NCBI GenBank assembly: GCA_050250895.1
Contig: JBFWNU010000009.1
Span: forward strand, 102,488 to 166,487
Source: Vulcanimicrobiota bacterium
GTDB lineage: Bacteria > Vulcanimicrobiota > Xenobia > Xenobiales > JADMJV01
DNA length: 64,000 nucleotides
Reading direction: 5' to 3'
In this document: positions 62,266-64,000 of the stretch, in pieces
Position numbering within the stretch: the first letter of the stretch is position 1
How the letters are laid out: the number at the start of each line of letters is the position of its first letter
Position numbers and translations under genes: made by a program
The notes under the pieces: model-generated
The model's input: the letters and a program-made list of their open reading frames with translations, nothing else
Databases searched by the model: none
What the model was told of the DNA's origin: nothing

Positions 62266-63720
62266 ATGAAAGACAAGACTGTTTACTACGATGAGTCCAC
62301 TCCCCGGACTTTCGCGTTTTTCACGGTCTTTTGGGGAATCGTCGGGATGCTGGTGGGGCTTTGGGCGGCATTGGAGTTAGCTTTTTGGCAGCTCAACTTC
62401 GACATGCCGTTCTTGACCTTCGGGCGTATCCGGCCGCTTCACACCAATGCCGTGATTTTTGCCTTCGCAGGCAACGCAATTTTTGCCGGGGTCTACTACT
62501 CCACCCAGCGACTGTGTCGCACTCGCATGTTCAGTGACGCTTTGTCCAAGGTCCACCTGTGGGGCTGGCAGCTGATTATCGTACTCGACGCGCTGGGTCT
62601 TGTGACCGGTCACACGGACGGCAAAGAATATGCCGAACCTGTGTGGACCATCGACCTGCTGATCACCGTCATCTGGGTGGTCTTTGCGGTCAATTTCTTC
62701 ATGACCCTGTTCAAGCGCCGCGAGAAACACCTCTACGTGGCGCTCTGGTTCTACATGTCGACCATTATCACCATCGCGGTTTTGCACCTGGTCAACAACG
62801 CGGCCATCCCGGTCTCGCTGACCAAGTCCTACCCGATCTACGCCGGGGTGCAGGACGCCCTGATTCAGTGGTGGTACGGTCACAACGCGGTGGGCTTCCT
62901 GCTCACCACTCCCTTCCTGGGCCTGATGTATTACTTCTTGCCCAAGGCGGCCGAGAAGCCGGTCTACTCCTACCGGCTCTCGATCCTTCACTTCTGGTCG
63001 CTGATCTTTCTCTACATCTGGGCCGGCCCGCACCACCTGATCTATACAGCGCTGCCGGACTGGACCCAGAGCCTGGGCATGGTCTTCTCGCTGATGCTGA
63101 TCGCCCCGTCCTGGGGCGGTATGCTCAACGGTATCCTGACCCTCAAGGGCGCCTGGGACAAGCTACGCACCGACCCGATCCTGAAATTCTTCGTGGTCGG
63201 TCTGACTTTCTATGGAATGTCGACCTTCGAAGGTCCGATGCTGAGCATCAAGAGTGTCTCGGCACTGGGCCACTTCACCGACTGGATCGTCGGTCACGTC
63301 CACAGTGGAGCTCTCGGTTGGGTCGGGTTCACCGTCTTCGGAATGCTCTACTGGATGGTGCCTCGCCTGTGGAAGACCGAACTCTATTCGGTCAAACTGG
63401 CCACCAACCACTTCTGGATCGCCACCGTCGGAATCGTGCTCTACATCACCTCGATGTGGATCACCGGCGTCACGCAGGGTCTGATGTGGAGAGCCGTCAC
63501 GGCCGAAGGCAGACTGATGTATGACTTCCTCGAAACGGTGACCTATCTCAAGCCCTACTACATCATTCGAGCCCTGGGCGGAGCCCTCTATCTCACCGGC
63601 GCCGTGATGATGGCCTACAACCTCTTCATGACGGCGCGCAGCGGCAAAATCGCTCCCGAGCCGATCCTGCTCAAAGATGACGAAACCCCGTCCTATCACG
63701 AAGTAGGGAAAGGAGCCTGA
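62266..63720 (+). CDS. ccoN: cbb3-type cytochrome c oxidase subunit I
   Basis: GRIRPLHTN, QWWYGHNAV, WAGPHHL, GHVHSGALGW. Confidence 0.97.
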   Translation: MKDKTVYYDESTPRTFAFFTVFWGIVGMLVGLWAALELAFWQLNFDMPFLTFGRIRPLHTNAVIFAFAGNAIFAGVYYSTQRLCRTRMFSDALSKVHLWGWQLIIVLDALGLVTGHTDGKEYAEPVWTIDLLITVIWVVFAVNFFMTLFKRREKHLYVALWFYMSTIITIAVLHLVNNAAIPVSLTKSYPIYAGVQDALIQWWYGHNAVGFLLTTPFLGLMYYFLPKAAEKPVYSYRLSILHFWSLIFLYIWAGPHHLIYTALPDWTQSLGMVFSLMLIAPSWGGMLNGILTLKGAWDKLRTDPILKFFVVGLTFYGMSTFEGPMLSIKSVSALGHFTDWIVGHVHSGALGWVGFTVFGMLYWMVPRLWKTELYSVKLATNHFWIATVGIVLYITSMWITGVTQGLMWRAVTAEGRLMYDFLETVTYLKPYYIIRALGGALYLTGAVMMAYNLFMTARSGKIAPEPILLKDDETPSYHEVGKGA

Positions 63721-63722
63721 CA

Positions 63723-64000
63723 GTGAAACACCGTGAACTCGAATCCAAAGGCCTCATCATGGGTTTGCTGGCCGGCTTCGTCATCCTGATCGGCGGCATC
63801 GTCGAAATCGTGCCGCTCTACACGGTCGAGTCGTCCGTGCCCAAGATCGCCGAGGTCAAGCCTTATACGCCGCTTGAACTCGAGGGCCGCGACATCTACA
63901 TCCGCGAGGGTTGCTACACCTGTCACAGTCAGGTAGTGCGTCCCTTCCGAGACGAAACCGAGCGCTATGAAGGCCCCTACTCCAAGGCGGGCGAGTATGT
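63723..64000 (+). CDS. ccoO: cbb3-type cytochrome c oxidase subunit II (partial, runs off the window)
   Basis: GTG start; PYTPLELEGRDIYIREGCYTCHSQ. Confidence 0.93.
   Translation, partial: MKHRELESKGLIMGLLAGFVILIGGIVEIVPLYTVESSVPKIAEVKPYTPLELEGRDIYIREGCYTCHSQVVRPFRDETERYEGPYSKAGEY

Overview
High-GC (~65%) bacterial chromosomal window. Gene content and protein style are suggestive of Ca. Eremiobacterota/Vulcanimicrobiota, but that is inference only. It carries housekeeping and energy genes (grxD-bolA, a second-copy N-type ATPase operon lacking atpR, scpAB, fabZ, thiolase, cbb3 oxidase ccoN and the start of ccoO), a permuted Wsp-like chemosensory cluster with a divergent REC-GGDEF, and type IV pilus parts. 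The pilus genes include a PilC with a ~680-aa repeat-rich disordered N-terminus and a minor-pilin operon bracketed by two HTTM membrane proteins. Also present are an ATP-grasp / circularly permuted ATP-grasp / 5-oxoprolinase operon, a single-ORF MNT-HEPN toxin-antitoxin fusion flanked by a dispersed repeat, a STAND-like NTPase coupled to an esterase, and an HNH gene wrapped in structured RNA. Two small genes not recovered intact by the ORF track look like selenoproteins: a SelW/Rdx (CxxU) and a 55-aa two-helix DUF6132-like protein (UxxxC). Both have an in-frame UGA followed by a hairpin sharing the apical motif GCC-N-GUAU-GGC. No tRNA, rRNA, CRISPR array, integrase or transposase was seen. Start codons were adjusted by eye where the ORF track over-extends.
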